A stretch of DNA of 55,021 nucleotides, filler included, from Sphacelaria rigidula (Eukaryota): NCBI GenBank assembly GCA_964200075.2. It is 6 parts of 6 records of this genome, joined end to end, with 100 filler letters (N's around TTAATTAATTAA, not from the genome) between each part and the next. Parts side by side here need not be neighbours in the genome. Positions count along the whole stretch, not along the records: positions 18,377 to 27,463 come from CAXNAA020009337.1; positions 27,564 to 36,649 come from CAXNAA020009338.1; 4 more parts are not named here. One strand, given 5' to 3'. The number at the start of each line of letters is the position of its first letter. Position 1 is the stretch's first letter. The translations under genes were made by a program, and so were the position numbers. Below, piece by piece: positions 23,701-36,649 of the stretch. The notes below the pieces were generated by a model. It was not told where the DNA came from, searched no databases, and saw nothing but the letters and a program-made list of their open reading frames with translations.

Positions 23701-26490
23701 TGGAGAGGCATTTCGGAACTGAAACCATTAATTCACTAATTGTCCGCTTCTCACTCACAATCATATCCTCTACTCTCAATCTCATGAAATCACTGTTTTG
23801 ACACTTGAACTGACGCGTTTTTCTGAACCAAAGCAGCATCAGCAAGGAGCTGCGCCCTGACAGCTGTTGTCCATAACGGTAGCCATGCGAAAAGTTTGTT
23901 TCAACTATAGACGTCGTCGAAACTGACGTCACTTCATCTGAACGATACAGTGGTGGTTTGGGGGGAACCGGACGTCACAGTACGAGCTAGGCCAGCCGAC
24001 AGTGATTTGCGGATGTATCCGGGCCGGGCGGTGGGTAATCCGAAGCGTTGGGCGCTGAAATTTCGACCCAACATTTTGATCATCACTATCTCATTGACAC
24101 AACCTTCCTGCGGATACCAAGAAAAGAAGAAAAAAAAACCAGCAAATTAGAGCGATTCGAAGTTTCTGCGAAAACTAGAAGAATTCTACAACTCCGTGAA
24201 AATAAAGAAATACGGGGGCATCCCTAGTGTGATTGTGCGCCCTTGTGTGGAGGGGATCCTGGTACAATTTTGGCCTAAAGTTCCATAAATTTGGCGCAGC
24301 ATCCAAGTTTGCGTGTGGCACGGCTGCGCCCCTTTAATCCAAGTGATGCAGTCAAGTCCAGTTATGGAGTTCATGAGTTTGAATTCCGACGGATTCCTTT
24401 TTTGTGTTTCGTCGGTCAGGTGACACATTATGCAGTACCTTTTTCTTCATTTTTTTTTTCATCCAGCGGGGGTCCCATGCATTACCAGGTTGGTCTGCAG
24501 GTCACACCGATATACTCGACTCGGGCTGATTTCGTAAACTTGATAAGTTATGGTGTGGCATGCAAATGCAGGATTTACTGCTGGACCAGCTCGTACACCA
24601 CACTCAGTAAAGTAGAGTAGAGTAGAGTAGAGTAGAGTAGACCGCCGGTACAGTCAAAAACGGCACCAATTCGTACTGCCCTTCCAGCAGCGCGCACGCA
24701 AACCATCGCCAATCCTACAAATGCCGGAGGGATTCGATTCACATCAGGCCCCACATCATTGGCAGCTGGGCGAGGCCGAGCCTCGCAGCTATCGCGGGAG
24801 CGCTGCGAACTTATGTACGCGTGTCGCATGTTTACTGACCACACAGCGACCGCGCCTCATGTTTTCGATTTTCTCCTCATCTAACAAAAACAGTAAATAC
24901 GGCGAACAGCAATGAATTTCTAACTGCGAAACAAGACACATAACATTCATCTACCGATTCGGGTCCAGCACTTGTTACATAGTCCCATCGGCACGGGGGA
25001 TAGGTTCCCGCAAAGCGTACGTACTGCACACAATACAGTCTAGCATAAAGTGGTCGTGACCAACACGGCTTCTTAATTGCGACGCCCTCACTTGCTTACC
25101 GTGGACGCTTCGCGCCATGTGCGCGCGCGCGCGCGCGCGCGCGCGTGTGTGTGTGTGTGAGCTCCGTCTCGAAAGGGATGCGTGATCAATGGTCAAACGA
25201 CTAAGGCAAGCAACAAATGAGTACGCCCCCCCCCCCCCAACTGTCTCAATATTCCCCCACCAACCAACCAAGGAGGAACGGGGAGTGCTAGACGGGGAAA
25301 TGCGGGACGTAAACGAAGGTGGCATAAAACCGTTTAATGCACTACACAGTAGGGAGAAAACGATGGCGGTACTAGGAGATAGATGGTGGCCACAGAAGGC
25401 GATAAGATATATGAAAAAAAAATTGAGTGCTGTATGGAAAAACTTCATGAGCGCGGAGATGTTGGTGCCTCTATGAGGAGTAGGAGCGGTGCGTGGTCAA
25501 TGATCCAACGACTAATGGAAGCAACAAATGAATACGCCCCCCCACCCCGGACAATCCGATTATTTCTGTTTCCGCTACCACAACGTGCACTGTTTCCGCA
25601 TTTTTCAATTCATTTTCTGTAGCTCATGCATGCCAACCGAAAATGCGTACGTCCCATGTCTCAAATCTCCAGCCACACAACAGTACCGTTCCTTTGCAAT
25701 GTTAGTGTGGCTCTTCGGTCACGCCTCTGGGTTAACAAGCACTGTCGGAAATGCTCCGTAGAGTCAGTAAATCCCTTGGATACAGTGAACCACAACATTT
25801 GCCGATTTTCTGTACCTCGAAGTTGTGGAAGAGTCATGCAGGATGCCCCTGTGTCAAGCAACCTTCGATCCTTGGATAATGACTGACAGCAAGGAGAAGA
25901 AACATATATAAGTTGGACACCTTGAGCGCCGAGTTACATGTATCGTCCCTGAGTTGTGGCGCAAAAAAGGCCTCCTGTATTGAGCGTATGTGTACCGCTG
26001 TTTCAGGGTCACTCCAAACGAGGTGCAAAGTAACCCTTTTCGGGTTTTTCGAGTTTTTTTACCCCCCTCCCCCTCCCTCCCCTTCAAATAAAAAGAAACC
26101 GAGTCAATCTATAGCATCGGAGCGGTGAACGGAAGGAGGTCAAGAACACGGAAGACAGAGATGCTAACTGCATGTTATAGCACACGATGATAGAGCGTAA
26201 GCACATGTCTTCTTTTCCAACGTCTTCACCAAGACTAGAGTGCAAGAGACACAAGAGCACAAGAACGCACAGACACCGTAAATCACACGAAAGACCCCGG
26301 AGAATCACCCACCTAAACGCATGGGCGCAGTCTAAACCGTGGTACTTCTGTGTGTGCTGTTTCTTACCTCAGACATCTCCCGCTCCTTGTCCTTGAGGGT
26401 CTTCTCCATACCCTCCAGGTTAGAAAGGAACACCTTTTTTTGTTCCTCTTGTAAACCCCGGAATTCTGCCATCTCTTGTGCCAGCGCAGC
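19872..26490 (-). CDS. Coiled-coil protein of unknown function, internal exons 26490-26368, 22666-22529, 21797-21627, 19970-19872
   Basis: Four phase 0-0 exons (123, 138, 171, 99 bp) have AG/GT boundaries. They encode E/A/L/Q/R-rich heptad-like sequence (AALAQEMAEFRGLQEEQKK..., LQHEKEELLEELK, RQTELEATAAQLAEALAEAERK, RELRATQEELDSCQ). Start and stop were not seen, and other exons may have been missed. Confidence 0.75.
20147..20196. repeat. (CCACG)n pentanucleotide repeat; also (ACA)n at 20747-20783 and (GTAGA)n at 24611-24641
   Basis: Seen directly. Confidence 0.9.
21305..21400 (-). repeat. Retroposon 3' end with (CAAT)n tail; related copies at 36090-36170 and 53922-54005
   Basis: All three read (GATT)n-G(T/C)..GCAC.T.AACT.A.C.C...G...CCAG...AT..(CCA)CGA...CGTAC(C/G)CAAG on the plus strand, on three different contigs. 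Confidence 0.65.
21991..22330 (+). mobile_element. tRNA-derived SINE, copy 2 (intronic, different contig)
   Basis: Collinear with 13769-14170 over head and body (CCTCGAAACCTTC, TTCGAATCTCGGTG, GTCACACGATCTGG, GGTACACAAAA.TCGACTTCACG.TCGACGAGGG, CCGGCTGATGC, GCGTCCAGAA.AGAT). Confidence 0.8.
25160..25545 (+). repeat. LINE 3'-end-like repeat, two tandem termini; related pieces at 18445-18545 (-), 26521-26556 (-), 47810-47833 (-)
   Basis: TCAATGGTCAAACGACTAAGGCAAGCAACAAATGAGTACGCCCCCC occurs at 25186 and, diverged, at ~25497. It is found inverted at the other sites. Residual coding sequence (EKTMAVLGDRWWPQKA) lies between the two termini. Confidence 0.7.
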
Positions 26491-27224
26491 CTGTCCGAGA
26501 ATGTGTGTGTGTGGGGGGGTGGCGTACTCATTTGTTGCTTGCCTTAGTCATTTGACATGTGGGGGGGGGGGGGGGGGGGGGGGTCGGGGGGGGGGTGGGG
26601 GTAGGGGGTTTTTTGGTGCTTTGAGGGGTAACAGGGGGGGCGGTGGGTGGTTTCAGGGAGNNNNNNNNNNGGGTTGTCGTTGCGGTTGTGTGGGGCTGGG
26701 GGTGGGGGTGCGGGGTGGTGGGTGTGGGGGGGGGGGGGGGGGGGATCAGGGTTGGGGTTCGGGCTAAGGGTTTCTTGCTTCATCTAAGGTGTAACATGCA
26801 GTCAGTACTACGGTTTCATGCAGAGATACCGCCTTTGCGCCACTGCCCGAGAGAGTTTGTGAACGCCAGCCTGCATGCAACATGCTCTAATTAACCATCA
26901 CCTCGTCAGGATGGGATGCTTGTTGCTCTCGGTTGATTTGATTCGAACAGCCGCACAAAGACGGCATGTCAAACGATTTGAAATGTGTCACAAACACGAC
27001 AAACGAGAGCACACCGCCACAACAAGCCATTTTGGAGCACCGTCCATGCTATTTGCTTCCGGCCCCAGCGCAAACGCGCCACGAATTGGGTAAGAGTCAA
27101 GAAGGCCATGAAAAAAACATATCTTCGGTGTCATCGCGGTGATAAGTGACCCAACCAACACATCAATCAATATGTAGTTAGCTGCCAAACACCGTGAGCT
27201 CAGAAAAGAAAACAGCAGCATAGA

Positions 27225-27435
27225 GGAGAGGGGTGTACTCATGATCTTCAATGGCATAGTCATGAGACCATTGACCCTTGTATCCCTACAAAGCCAGGAC
27301 GAAGCACGCCGGGTTTTCGCCGGACCAGGGGAGAGGGGGATGCACTCATGATCATGCATGCCGTGGTCATAAGACCATTGATCTTGCATCCCTACAAAGC
27401 CGGGACGGAGCACGCCGGGTTTTCGTCGAACCAGG
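27225..27435. repeat. Diverged tandem duplication, ~106-bp unit x2
   Basis: GAGAGGGG..G.ACTCATGATC...GTCAT.AGACCATTGA.C.TG.ATCCCTACAAAGCC.GGACG.AGCACGCCGGGTTTTCG.CG.ACCAGG occurs twice. Confidence 0.85.
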
Positions 27436-30400
27436 CTGGCCCCGGGGCTCGAACGGGGAAGCGNNNNNNNNNNNNNNNNNNNNNNNNNNNNNNNNNNNNN
27501 NNNNNNNTTAATTAATTAANNNNNNNNNNNNNNNNNNNNNNNNNNNNNNNNNNNNNNNNNNNNCATTGGAATAGTAATCCTGGCGTACTCTCGCATATTT
27601 TCATAAGACGTGTTTTGGGTTAGATAAAGGGTTCCTGACAATTCTAACCTCAGAAAATATTTGTCTACCCCTGCCGTAGCATCACTCGTCGACAGACCTA
27701 CTCCGGCTGCGGCCTAGAGACAAAATGCACTCTAAAACAGTGTTGACAAAAGAGGAGATTTTTCCCCTACATGAAACATGCGCAATGTCGACCACGGAGT
27801 GGGGCATGAACCTCTCGATTACAGCTTAAAAAACGACCTGAAAATATTGTTTGAAAGGTTTCAGTCAAGTGAGTGTTTTCGTCTTAAGGCCATATGTGCG
27901 ATACTGCCGTCATCGGGTCGAAAAACGCACCCATCTCACTAGAAACCCTTTTTCCGGGTCGTTCTAGTTTTACAACAGTGTCTTCTTCCGCTGACGCTCG
28001 TTGGCGTACAAACCCTGGGTACGTACTCACCAGCAGTATATCAGTCGATTATATATGCCGTGTTTGGCCTCGGGTACACGAGTGTCTTGCAGTCCTTATT
28101 TCGGGGGTCCAATGTGCCTATGTAGAGTCCCGGTATGACCACATATCTTATTTAGTCGTTCGAGTCGTTCGTAGAAAGCCACATACGTGCGCAACGATGA
28201 ATTCCCCATCCTGCTGCAGTGTGGATGACCACTGTTTCGTCGATTTTTTGGTAACATCCTCGATAGTGTTGGTGGTGGTGGTCCAAGTTTGTCAATAGGT
28301 GGTTGCGACACTGCCCGAGGATATGCAGCTACCGTGGTTCATCAGCAGTATCTTCGACCGCATGGCTCCGTTGTGCTGTGGTGCTGCTGAACATCTGGCG
28401 TGTTGGACTCAAGAAGTCACAATGCGGGGGGTCCCACAGAGTTCTAAACCCAGTATAAAGTTGGTTGCGCCCGCATTTTTGCGAATCATAAACGCGCAGT
28501 TCTAGAGCGAGTCCTTCAAGAGCAGGAAAAGACTGTGGATCCGCATATCGACTATTGTAACCCCACGGGAAGGACCGCGGGATTTTACTAATCTTGAGAT
28601 TGGATTTTTTTAGGGTGAACCTTGGGAGCCTTCATGAGCATCGAAGTATTTTTGAAACAATTTTTCAAATACACTCTCCGACCGTGATTTGTGGCCTCGC
28701 TCATCCTCAAAAGAATCCATCCGCAAAATGTGAAATCCCGTGTTTATACCGGGCAATTTCGACCTCCGTTCAATGCCGTGCAAAAAACTTATTTGTCGGA
28801 ATTCCCTGTTTTAGCACGGGATTTTACAAATTGCAAACGGATTTGTCTTTATTTTATGCGATGAGCGAGGCCGCACACCACGGTCGGATAGTGCATTTGT
28901 ATGTACCTTATATCCTGCGTATATATATGTGTGTGTGTACATGTATCATCATTTCACTTTTTTCACCACTTTCGCCGAGTTTTCTCTTGCGGCAAGGCAT
29001 CTTATCACGCGCTTTCTTTTGCAGTGCACGACGAAGGCGCAGCGGTACATTACCTTTCAGGTTTGGGTGTCATCTTATACCTGTGGCGCGTGTTCTGGCC
29101 ATCGAAAGTCGCCCACACTGGCTCTTTTTCGCGGGGTGTCGATCCCGAACCACAAAAGCCTCTACAAGATGAGGGAAAACTTCATAGAGGAACCCGAACC
29201 ACAAAAACCTTTTCATGGCGGGGTATTTTTTCACCATGAGTTTGTTTGCGCTCTTGTTGAATTGGGAGCACGAAGACTACAAGTATGCAGCGAATGTCAC
29301 AAGAAGATGAAAGCAAAGTTGTTGAAAACGATTGAACATTGCCTTCGCCTTAGTCAGCAGCAGACACAAGACCATGCAATGAACCGTTGATGAGTTGAAC
29401 AAGGCACACACGCGGGCAAACGTCCCCACTGTGGGTCACCTGCTGCGGAGGACCAGCGCAGGAGGTTCCGAAATCCTTGTGATCATGCAACCCGTAAGAG
29501 AGAGTTCCCTCACAGGATGCACCTGTGAGTACCGGCGCAGGGATATCCTTGTGACAGGGATGACAGAGATATCCTTGTGACAGGGATGCATCCCTACGCA
29601 GGTACTCGACAGAGGGGATCTAAAGCAATGTACGTACACAATGGTTGGTACTATGGAGATACCGCCAACCCTAACGCTAACCCTAACCCTAACATCGACA
29701 AAGGCATACCGAGAACCCTCGGGCAAGGGGGGTGCAGAGTATTTTTCAAATAAAGCGTGCGTTGCGAGAGCTCAAATCGACGCCTTTGAGCCAATTTTGG
29801 ACCAAAACACGTTCCCGACGAGTTGGGTCTACTGCTCACCACTGCTCACCTACCACAAATCATGGATTTGCTCAGGACTTTCTTTCTTCAGCCTGAAATC
29901 AAGTCAAATCGAATACCAATCATTGTTTACGTACATCTCTTCATGTCTACCAAGTGTGATTTGGAATCCGTGCGCGCTGGGTGGGGTTGGCATGTAGAGA
30001 ACCTTGCACAACTTCGCCGTGTACTACCGGGACCCGACCCGGCCCTTTCTCAGTAGCAATCACTCGCGATGTGTGCTGTGACGAGTCTCGTGCATGATGG
30101 TGCTTTTTCCACCTCCGCACACCGCCCCGCCCGTAAAGCGAGCTTTTCATGCTGGAAGTGCCCACCCCTCTTCCCGTGATGGTCCCCGCTCTTGGTCTGA
30201 GACAATAGAAAGTGCGGAATATAACACTATCTACTGGAAGGTACATTTTCTCCCATTCAAATGCCTTCATAATATGGAAAATGAATAGCACTGATATATT
30301 TTCGGCTTGCGTCACCCCCGGGAGGCCAGTACCGACCTCCCGAAGGGGAGCCTTGTATATATATATATATGTATATGTATATATTGGGGGGGGGAGGGGG

Positions 30401-30695
30401 ATATTTCGACCATTATCATCAAGGTTTCAAATGTTCGTCCTCAACAAAAATGGCATCCTCAACTTGTAGAGTTCCCTGCTTGAACGCCGGTACTCTCTTC
30501 ATCGGGACAGGTAAGAACTGGAGGCAGACAAATACTAGTGAGTGGTTTTTAATAGTGAAATTGTACCACGGAGCACAACGGAAACGCAAATAGCTGACAT
30601 AGCCACGGCGACGAACTGATGATACCAGCTTTACGCGTCATCATTCTCTTGTTTATTGGCACGTATAGGTAGTACTGTATGACGTGTTTACTCAC

Positions 30696-31427
30696 GCCTG
30701 CCGCAAGCCTGACCCTCGAATCCATCCCGACAGCTGCACGTGCCAAATACACGGTCACAGGTACCCATGTTTGAACATTCCACCCCGTCTGCGTGCGCGG
30801 TGTTGGTGTCCGAAGGGAAGTCGACCCAAGCCCTCCCGACCGGACATGCTCCTGGTCGATCAGCACAGTTCCCCGCAATAAGCTGTTACTAATTGCTGTC
30901 AACATGCTGCTTCGGTGGAAATTTCTTCAGTATTTACGCAGGGGGAGCTAGCTCCATGACGTCCTTCCTGTGCTGTACCATCCTTGTCTGCAAATGAGTC
31001 GTGCTGCGCAACTAGTGTGCTGTTCAAGATGGCGATCAGGCTGGACGGATGATGACCGCACGTATAACGGAATCCTACGTTGATGTGTAGCGCGACTAGC
31101 AAGTAGTAGAGCATATTCATACTATCACGTACGCACCCACAGAAATTGACCCTCTCACGGGAACTACTCACGGAGAGAACAATCTGGTCCCCGAAACCCC
31201 GAGAAGCACGAGCAGGTGAGGTTTGAGTTGATGAGCCCTCGCCCGCTACAAAAGCTCTCCAACAAATCTGTTTGTGCGAACACGTGAACACACCAGGTAC
31301 TGCAACTCGCCACCGAAACTAACAACAACAACGCCGATGAGCATATCGGCGACCTGAACCCATAACTTAATGGTGGAATATGTACCCAGCGTACCGACAG
31401 CGGCACATGCCCAGATCTGGGCGCCAT
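30696..31427 (-). CDS. Secreted or cell-surface EGF-like repeat protein (stramenopile Sig/mastigoneme/tenascin-like type), first two exons 31427-31172 and 30851-30696
   Basis: A hydrophobic signal-like stretch (ALLLLVSVASCSTWCVHVFA) is followed by CSGRGLINSNLTCSCFSGFRGPDCSL|RACPVGRAWVDFPSDTNTAHADGVECSNMGTCDRVFGTCSCRDGFEGQACGR. The CPxGxAWxD...AH...ECSNxGxCDRxxGxCxCxxGFxGxAC pattern is typical of this family. The junction is phase 1 GT-AG. The start ATG is tentative and downstream exons were not found. Confidence 0.85.
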
Positions 31428-33825
31428 CTGCCTCCCTGCACCACAGCTCTGATTCGGTGTGTCGAAAGATCGTTGTGTGGATTTCAGAAGGGGGTATGTT
31501 ACGACCAAAATGAAGGGGGGTGGGGGGGGGGGGGGTATGTCCTACTAATAATGTAGGTAGTATGCCACCTCAACAGTATCGCAGAATCGGCACAGCACAA
31601 TATCGCGGACGACGGTGTTAGTTTTGTGGGCTGGGTGGTGAGGTAGACACAGTCTATCTAGTAAGATAGGCTCTAGGGTGCTCGTTACATCTGCTGCTCC
31701 TGGATTCAGTGAAGGTGAGACCTTGTGTTCATATGTTGCGTGTTGGATAGGGTTGGAAAGTGTGCAGTACGCAACACCCGACAAAAGTGCGCTGACCTCT
31801 TTACTGTCCGCGGTGCTGCAGCTGTCTGTCGTCTATCGTTAATGGGATCGGGTCGTGGACCAAGCAGCAGACGTAGGTTGCTGTGGATGTAGGCATAGTG
31901 TAAAATGCGTTGTTCTCCTGTTCGCGGTGTATATGCATGTGAAAAGTAGTCTTGTATCATTCCGTTGGCGTTGCGTCTTACCTTCGTTGTATTGTACTAC
32001 TGTACTGTACTTTACTGTGTTGAGTAACTACCCAGTATCGGAACAGGAGATACATCAAGTAGAGACTTCGTTTACAAAGCAGGCCTTGGGGGCAGTGGAC
32101 AGGACATTGGTACAGCACGTAGACAGTACGGTAGTATTGGTAGACAGTACGGCAGTATTGGTCGGGGGGGGGGCGGAGGGGCGGCGTATACATGAACTGG
32201 TCGCTTCGGAGTGCTTTGGCATCTTTGAGCTAGTTGTTCAGTGGATACTACTGTCGAATACGTTCAACCACGTACAAGGTTGATGCAAACCGCTCTGCTC
32301 GTGTCATCGTGCTTCGCAGCGCGTTTCGTGTTGTTATTCGGGGGGCTCTCAAAATGCCCCCATGGACAGGCGGTACGGCGAAGAAGCACATAGACACAAA
32401 AAAACGGAAGATCAAACATGCATAATGATCGTGTATTGCTGTGGCATACTTCTTTGTGTTCTCTTCAATGCTTTAGACGGATGAATTCACCAGCACAGCT
32501 CATTCGTCGGCATGGTTAGCAGTGATGTTGATCGTCCTGAGTATCCCCTCAACAGCGCATGATCACCTCCTATATATGCTCACCTGCGCTGTGAGTTTGG
32601 CGTCAAGGTTCCCTGATCCCCGAAGCGTGCTCAACTACTGCGGCACCCTCATCTTATTCGGACAATGACTCTTCGTGAAATGCGTCCATATACTGGGGGG
32701 TGAAAAAAAGCCGGCGCACATGATTTGAGATTAATCTCCACTTTCAACAAGTCAACAACACAACTCACATTTCGTCCGTTTTCATGTACAGGTACGGTAT
32801 GGTAAGCTACGGTGTATACCACTCCCTAAGTGATGAGTTTTTCTAGCTCACACGGTCGTCACACAAGGGTCTTTCCACGAGGTGGATGATGATGCAACGT
32901 ACCCCGGTGCAGTACTGTAGGTACCGGTATCTTGCCGGTATGGCTCCGAGATCACCGATGAATACACCTAATCTCTAGTCGGTACTAGGGGGTGATAAAC
33001 AACGTACCGGCAAGACACCACAACCCATGACACTCATACCAGGTGGTGCGACACATCTATCCCCTCCACCACCCTTTGTTTTCTAGCGTCGATGAAAAGC
33101 CCGATAGGTGCGAGAACGTCCAACGGTGTCGATCCTGCGCGTAGAGGGGGCGTTGTACTGTACAAGTACGTGTGATGCAGGTGCTGTGTCGGCACGTGTA
33201 GCACCCCGCGTCCCTCTTCAGCTGTAGCGTTGCCACTATCTATTATTTACGAAACAAGTCGCCCGCTCCTGCGGCCATACAGTTACTCTATCGTGATTCT
33301 AGTACAAAACCAGCGGATGTTTCGAATTTTTTTGTGCAATCCTACGTCTTCTCGAGAGAAGCTGGGCATTATTGCGTGTGCTGAACACAAACCACGTATG
33401 CACGAGGCCAAGACAGACGAGTGAGAGTGTCACGTACCCTTGCGGGAGAGTGCAAAAATACTGCAATTCTCCCAGAATGCATATATTAAGATGAACGTAA
33501 GAGCACACACCACGAGTGGGTAAAGGCACATCACAATGTGTTAACAACGCGTGGTCCGCGTTGTAAGTATTGCAAGCTGACCCACCACACGAGTATCCTT
33601 GCCACCCATGGTCACTAGATATTTTACGCTTTGTGGTTGGGGGTGGCCTATTCGATCGTACTTGCGATCTTTGGTGAAAAATTGTGTGTGTACGTATGTT
33701 TGCAGTGTGCAGCGTGCAGTGCATGTACGCCGTACAACGAAGGAAGTCTCTCGGCTATAACTGGCGAATATCCCTGGTGTTTTGCCGCACGACTGATCCA
33801 CCACTTGTAGGGAAGGGTTAGCATC

Positions 33826-34995
33826 ATGGCGTTTCGGGCTACGCAAGCGCTCCGAATGGTGGTGAAGAAGACGTCGACGGGACTGGTGGGACTGGCGGTG
33901 GACACTAACGGTCGGGCGAACTACATAGCCATGCAGAAGAAAATATTAGAAAACGTCAAGGTGCGAGGGGGGAGGCGATCGGATCAAAGCATTTTTGATA
34001 GACACTGTGTATTCGATTTGGGTCTCTCGGGGAGGGAGGGAGGGAGGGAGGGACATGAATACCGCCCATCCCGACTCCCAGACCACCGGCGAGGGTTGCG
34101 TTATTGATCGAGGATTTCGAAGACAGGGAACGACCTTTCGATCCGCTGGGTAGCGTATATGTTATTTTACGTCAAGATTGGATGTAGGGACAGGTAGCGT
34201 ACACATGAAATCCTGGAAGAAAAGAAGAGGAGTCGAGCAAGAATTGCGGGATGCTCGGAGATGAACAGAAAATTGACACCTTGATGGTGACTGATGTAGC
34301 AAAGCCTACTTCACCGAGAGATGGGAGGGACGACGACTTGTATTCACGGCCCGTCGTGACGCAATTGGCTTGAATACATGACACGAAAGTGATGGAGACC
34401 CACCGACTTCGCCGGTGTACGTACTGCATTTTCTTTTGCATTGATGTGGAAATTGAACGTGAAAACTCACTCGCTCACGTGTCCAATAGATTTTCGGCGA
34501 AGAATGTTGTCGCAATGCCAACCATTGTGCCCGAAATAGAAACTAGTAAAGTGTTTCTGTCACTTCTTCACTTTTTTTCCCTGATGTTTTCACCGCCGTG
34601 CTACGCTACAGCAGGACGCTACAAATGCATGTATGCACAATGTCCGACCAGGCTTGGACACGTGCGTATTCCTAGTACCGTAAGACACATTGAGGCGTTC
34701 GCCGTTTCCCCTTGCGCCTGTTATATTGTCCATCTGCCTCTCTCTTCCTCGCCGTCTCTGTGGTATTGTCTCGTGTATCCCCCCTTTTTTTCTGGTCCTG
34801 GCTCCCACCTCGGTTTCTCATCTCACCCTTCCCCTTTGTCTCCGCTCTCCTTCCTCTGTATGTTGCCCCGGTCTACCCATGTCTCTGTCGTCACGCGCGT
34901 TTGATATCCAGAAAATTCCTCCACACGCACAGTACCGGAAGGACGTGGAGGCAATTTTCGGCTACCGACTCAAGGTCTGCGAGGAGAACGAGGAC
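33826..34995 (+). CDS. NDUFA5: NADH:ubiquinone oxidoreductase subunit A5 (B13), exons 33826-33960 and 34912-34995, 3'-partial
   Basis: MAFRATQALRMVVKKTSTGLVGLAVDTNGRANYIAMQKKILENVK|KIPPHAQYRKDVEAIFGYRLKVCEENED matches the NDUFA5 pattern KKTTGLVGLAV...IP..A.YR...E.I...RL. Junctions are phase 0 GT-AG. The last exon (IEE..GQIEE) is not visible on this contig. Confidence 0.92.
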
Positions 34996-35211
34996 GTGAG
35001 TTGATCAGTTGACGAAGTGGGTGAAGGATGAAGTCGCTGTGCTTCACGTTACGTGCTTGCGAAACCACTTGTTGGAGAAGAACATTGAAGACAGGAAGAC
35101 TTCTGTCTGTAAAACCAAATATATATACTTACTGTAAAGAAATTTGTCTCGTGTTTGATGAGTGTTGGTAGATTGAGGTGGTTTGACTGTATATCGTCGC
35201 AGCAGCTGAGA

Positions 35212-35439
35212 AAAGCTTCATAAGTCGGACGAGCACGAGTGTGACTCGTGGCATTCGCACTCGTTGGGCTCGGCTGCTCGTTGGTCGTAAAAATGAACAG
35301 GGCGAGCACTTGAGTCACTGCTTGTTGTGAAAAAAAGTAATGACTCGAACACACGAGTCATGCTCGTTGTGTTTTGGAAAAACATCCACGAGTGCACTCG
35401 TCTAAACGAGTAATGACTCGTCCAACCTGTGAAAAGCTT
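35212..35439. mobile_element. Short copy of family B (NDUFA5 intron)
   Basis: AAGCTTCATAAGTCGGACGAGCACGAGTGTGACTCGTGGCATTCGCACTCGTTGGGCT ... GAGTAATGACTCGTCCAACCTGTGAAAAGCTT; shares its ends with 50455 and ~51650-51690. Confidence 0.75.
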
Positions 35440-36409
35440 GCGAGAAACGGTTCGTGCGATGTTGCCATTTTCCAGCAGTGGTGAATTTTGTCGCGGCTCG
35501 CAGCTATTTTTTCCTCGCTGCGTTCGGTGACATTTCTGTGGCTTCCAACGGGCACGGGTTCGTCAGCATCTAACGGTCTCAACTTGCCACCCTGCAGGGT
35601 ATTATTGTTCAAGTATCTCTCTGAAGTGCGCCCTGGATGTCATCTGTACGAGGATGCTCGCTAATTCAAGAAGGCGAAATCGATGGTGTCGATAGCGGTC
35701 GGGGAAATGGACGGGAAATGCGTGCGTGATGAGCCTTACTTTTCGAAGAATTGTACATTTGTGCCGTTGCATGCCACCGCACCTTCTGTGATTTTGTCTT
35801 GATCCATGGTCCTACAGTGATGATGACATCCCAAAATTCATCGCACTCGAGGGCTTTGCTTCCTCCCTGCCGTAGCAAGGATTCAGGTTGTCGAAAGCCT
35901 TGGAGACGAACCATGTGACGGAAGGGCCCTGCACACCAGAAAATAATAAGCTTCATTCGCCACATCAAATCAACACGTTTGTGGGACCTGTTTCCGCACG
36001 GTCTGTTTCTCTGCGCTATATGCCCTCCTCCAAAGCTAGTTGGCAACGTACCGAGAATAAAATTCACCTGCATATACATTTGGCAATAGTTGATTGGTTG
36101 TCGCACATTAACTTATCTCCGAGGGAACCAGCATTGCCTTGATCATTATCCACGAGGCAGACGTACGCAAGATAATAAAAAAACCGGAATGATGAAAGTG
36201 AGAGTTGTTTAGGATGCATTACTAAATCTACGCGCGCGCGCACACACACACACACACAGACACGGAGGGGGGACAGCGCCTCCACGAGAATATCGTGGCC
36301 GAGGGCATCGGGTCGTGGGGGAGGAGCGNNNNNNNNNNCTCACCCACCGCGCGGGCCCCCCAACCCCCCAACCAGAAACCCGAACCCCCCCCCCCCCCCC
36401 CCCCCTTTA

Positions 36410-36649
36410 AACGGGGGTTGTGGAAAAAGTTGTGGGAAGTTAGGATCAGAGGAAAGATGTGGAGAATGGTGAAGATGACAGAATGTGCCAAAAGTGCCAT
36501 GATGCTAGACGGGTAAATATCGAAATTTCGATATCTTACAAGGAGTTGCACAAGGATGTACGTGATCACCCACTTTGTTCAAGGTTTTTATCAATGACTT
36601 GATAATAACAATAGAAGCAGCAGAGCAAGGGGTTCAGGTGGGGGAAGAT
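36410..36649 (+). mobile_element. Non-LTR retrotransposon (LINE) reverse transcriptase fragment, degenerate
   Basis: GLWKKLWEVRIRGKMWRMVK...SAMMLDG, then after a frameshift QGVAQGCT*SPTLFKVFINDLIITIE, the GVxQGxxLSPxLF motif of LINE RT. Confidence 0.85.
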
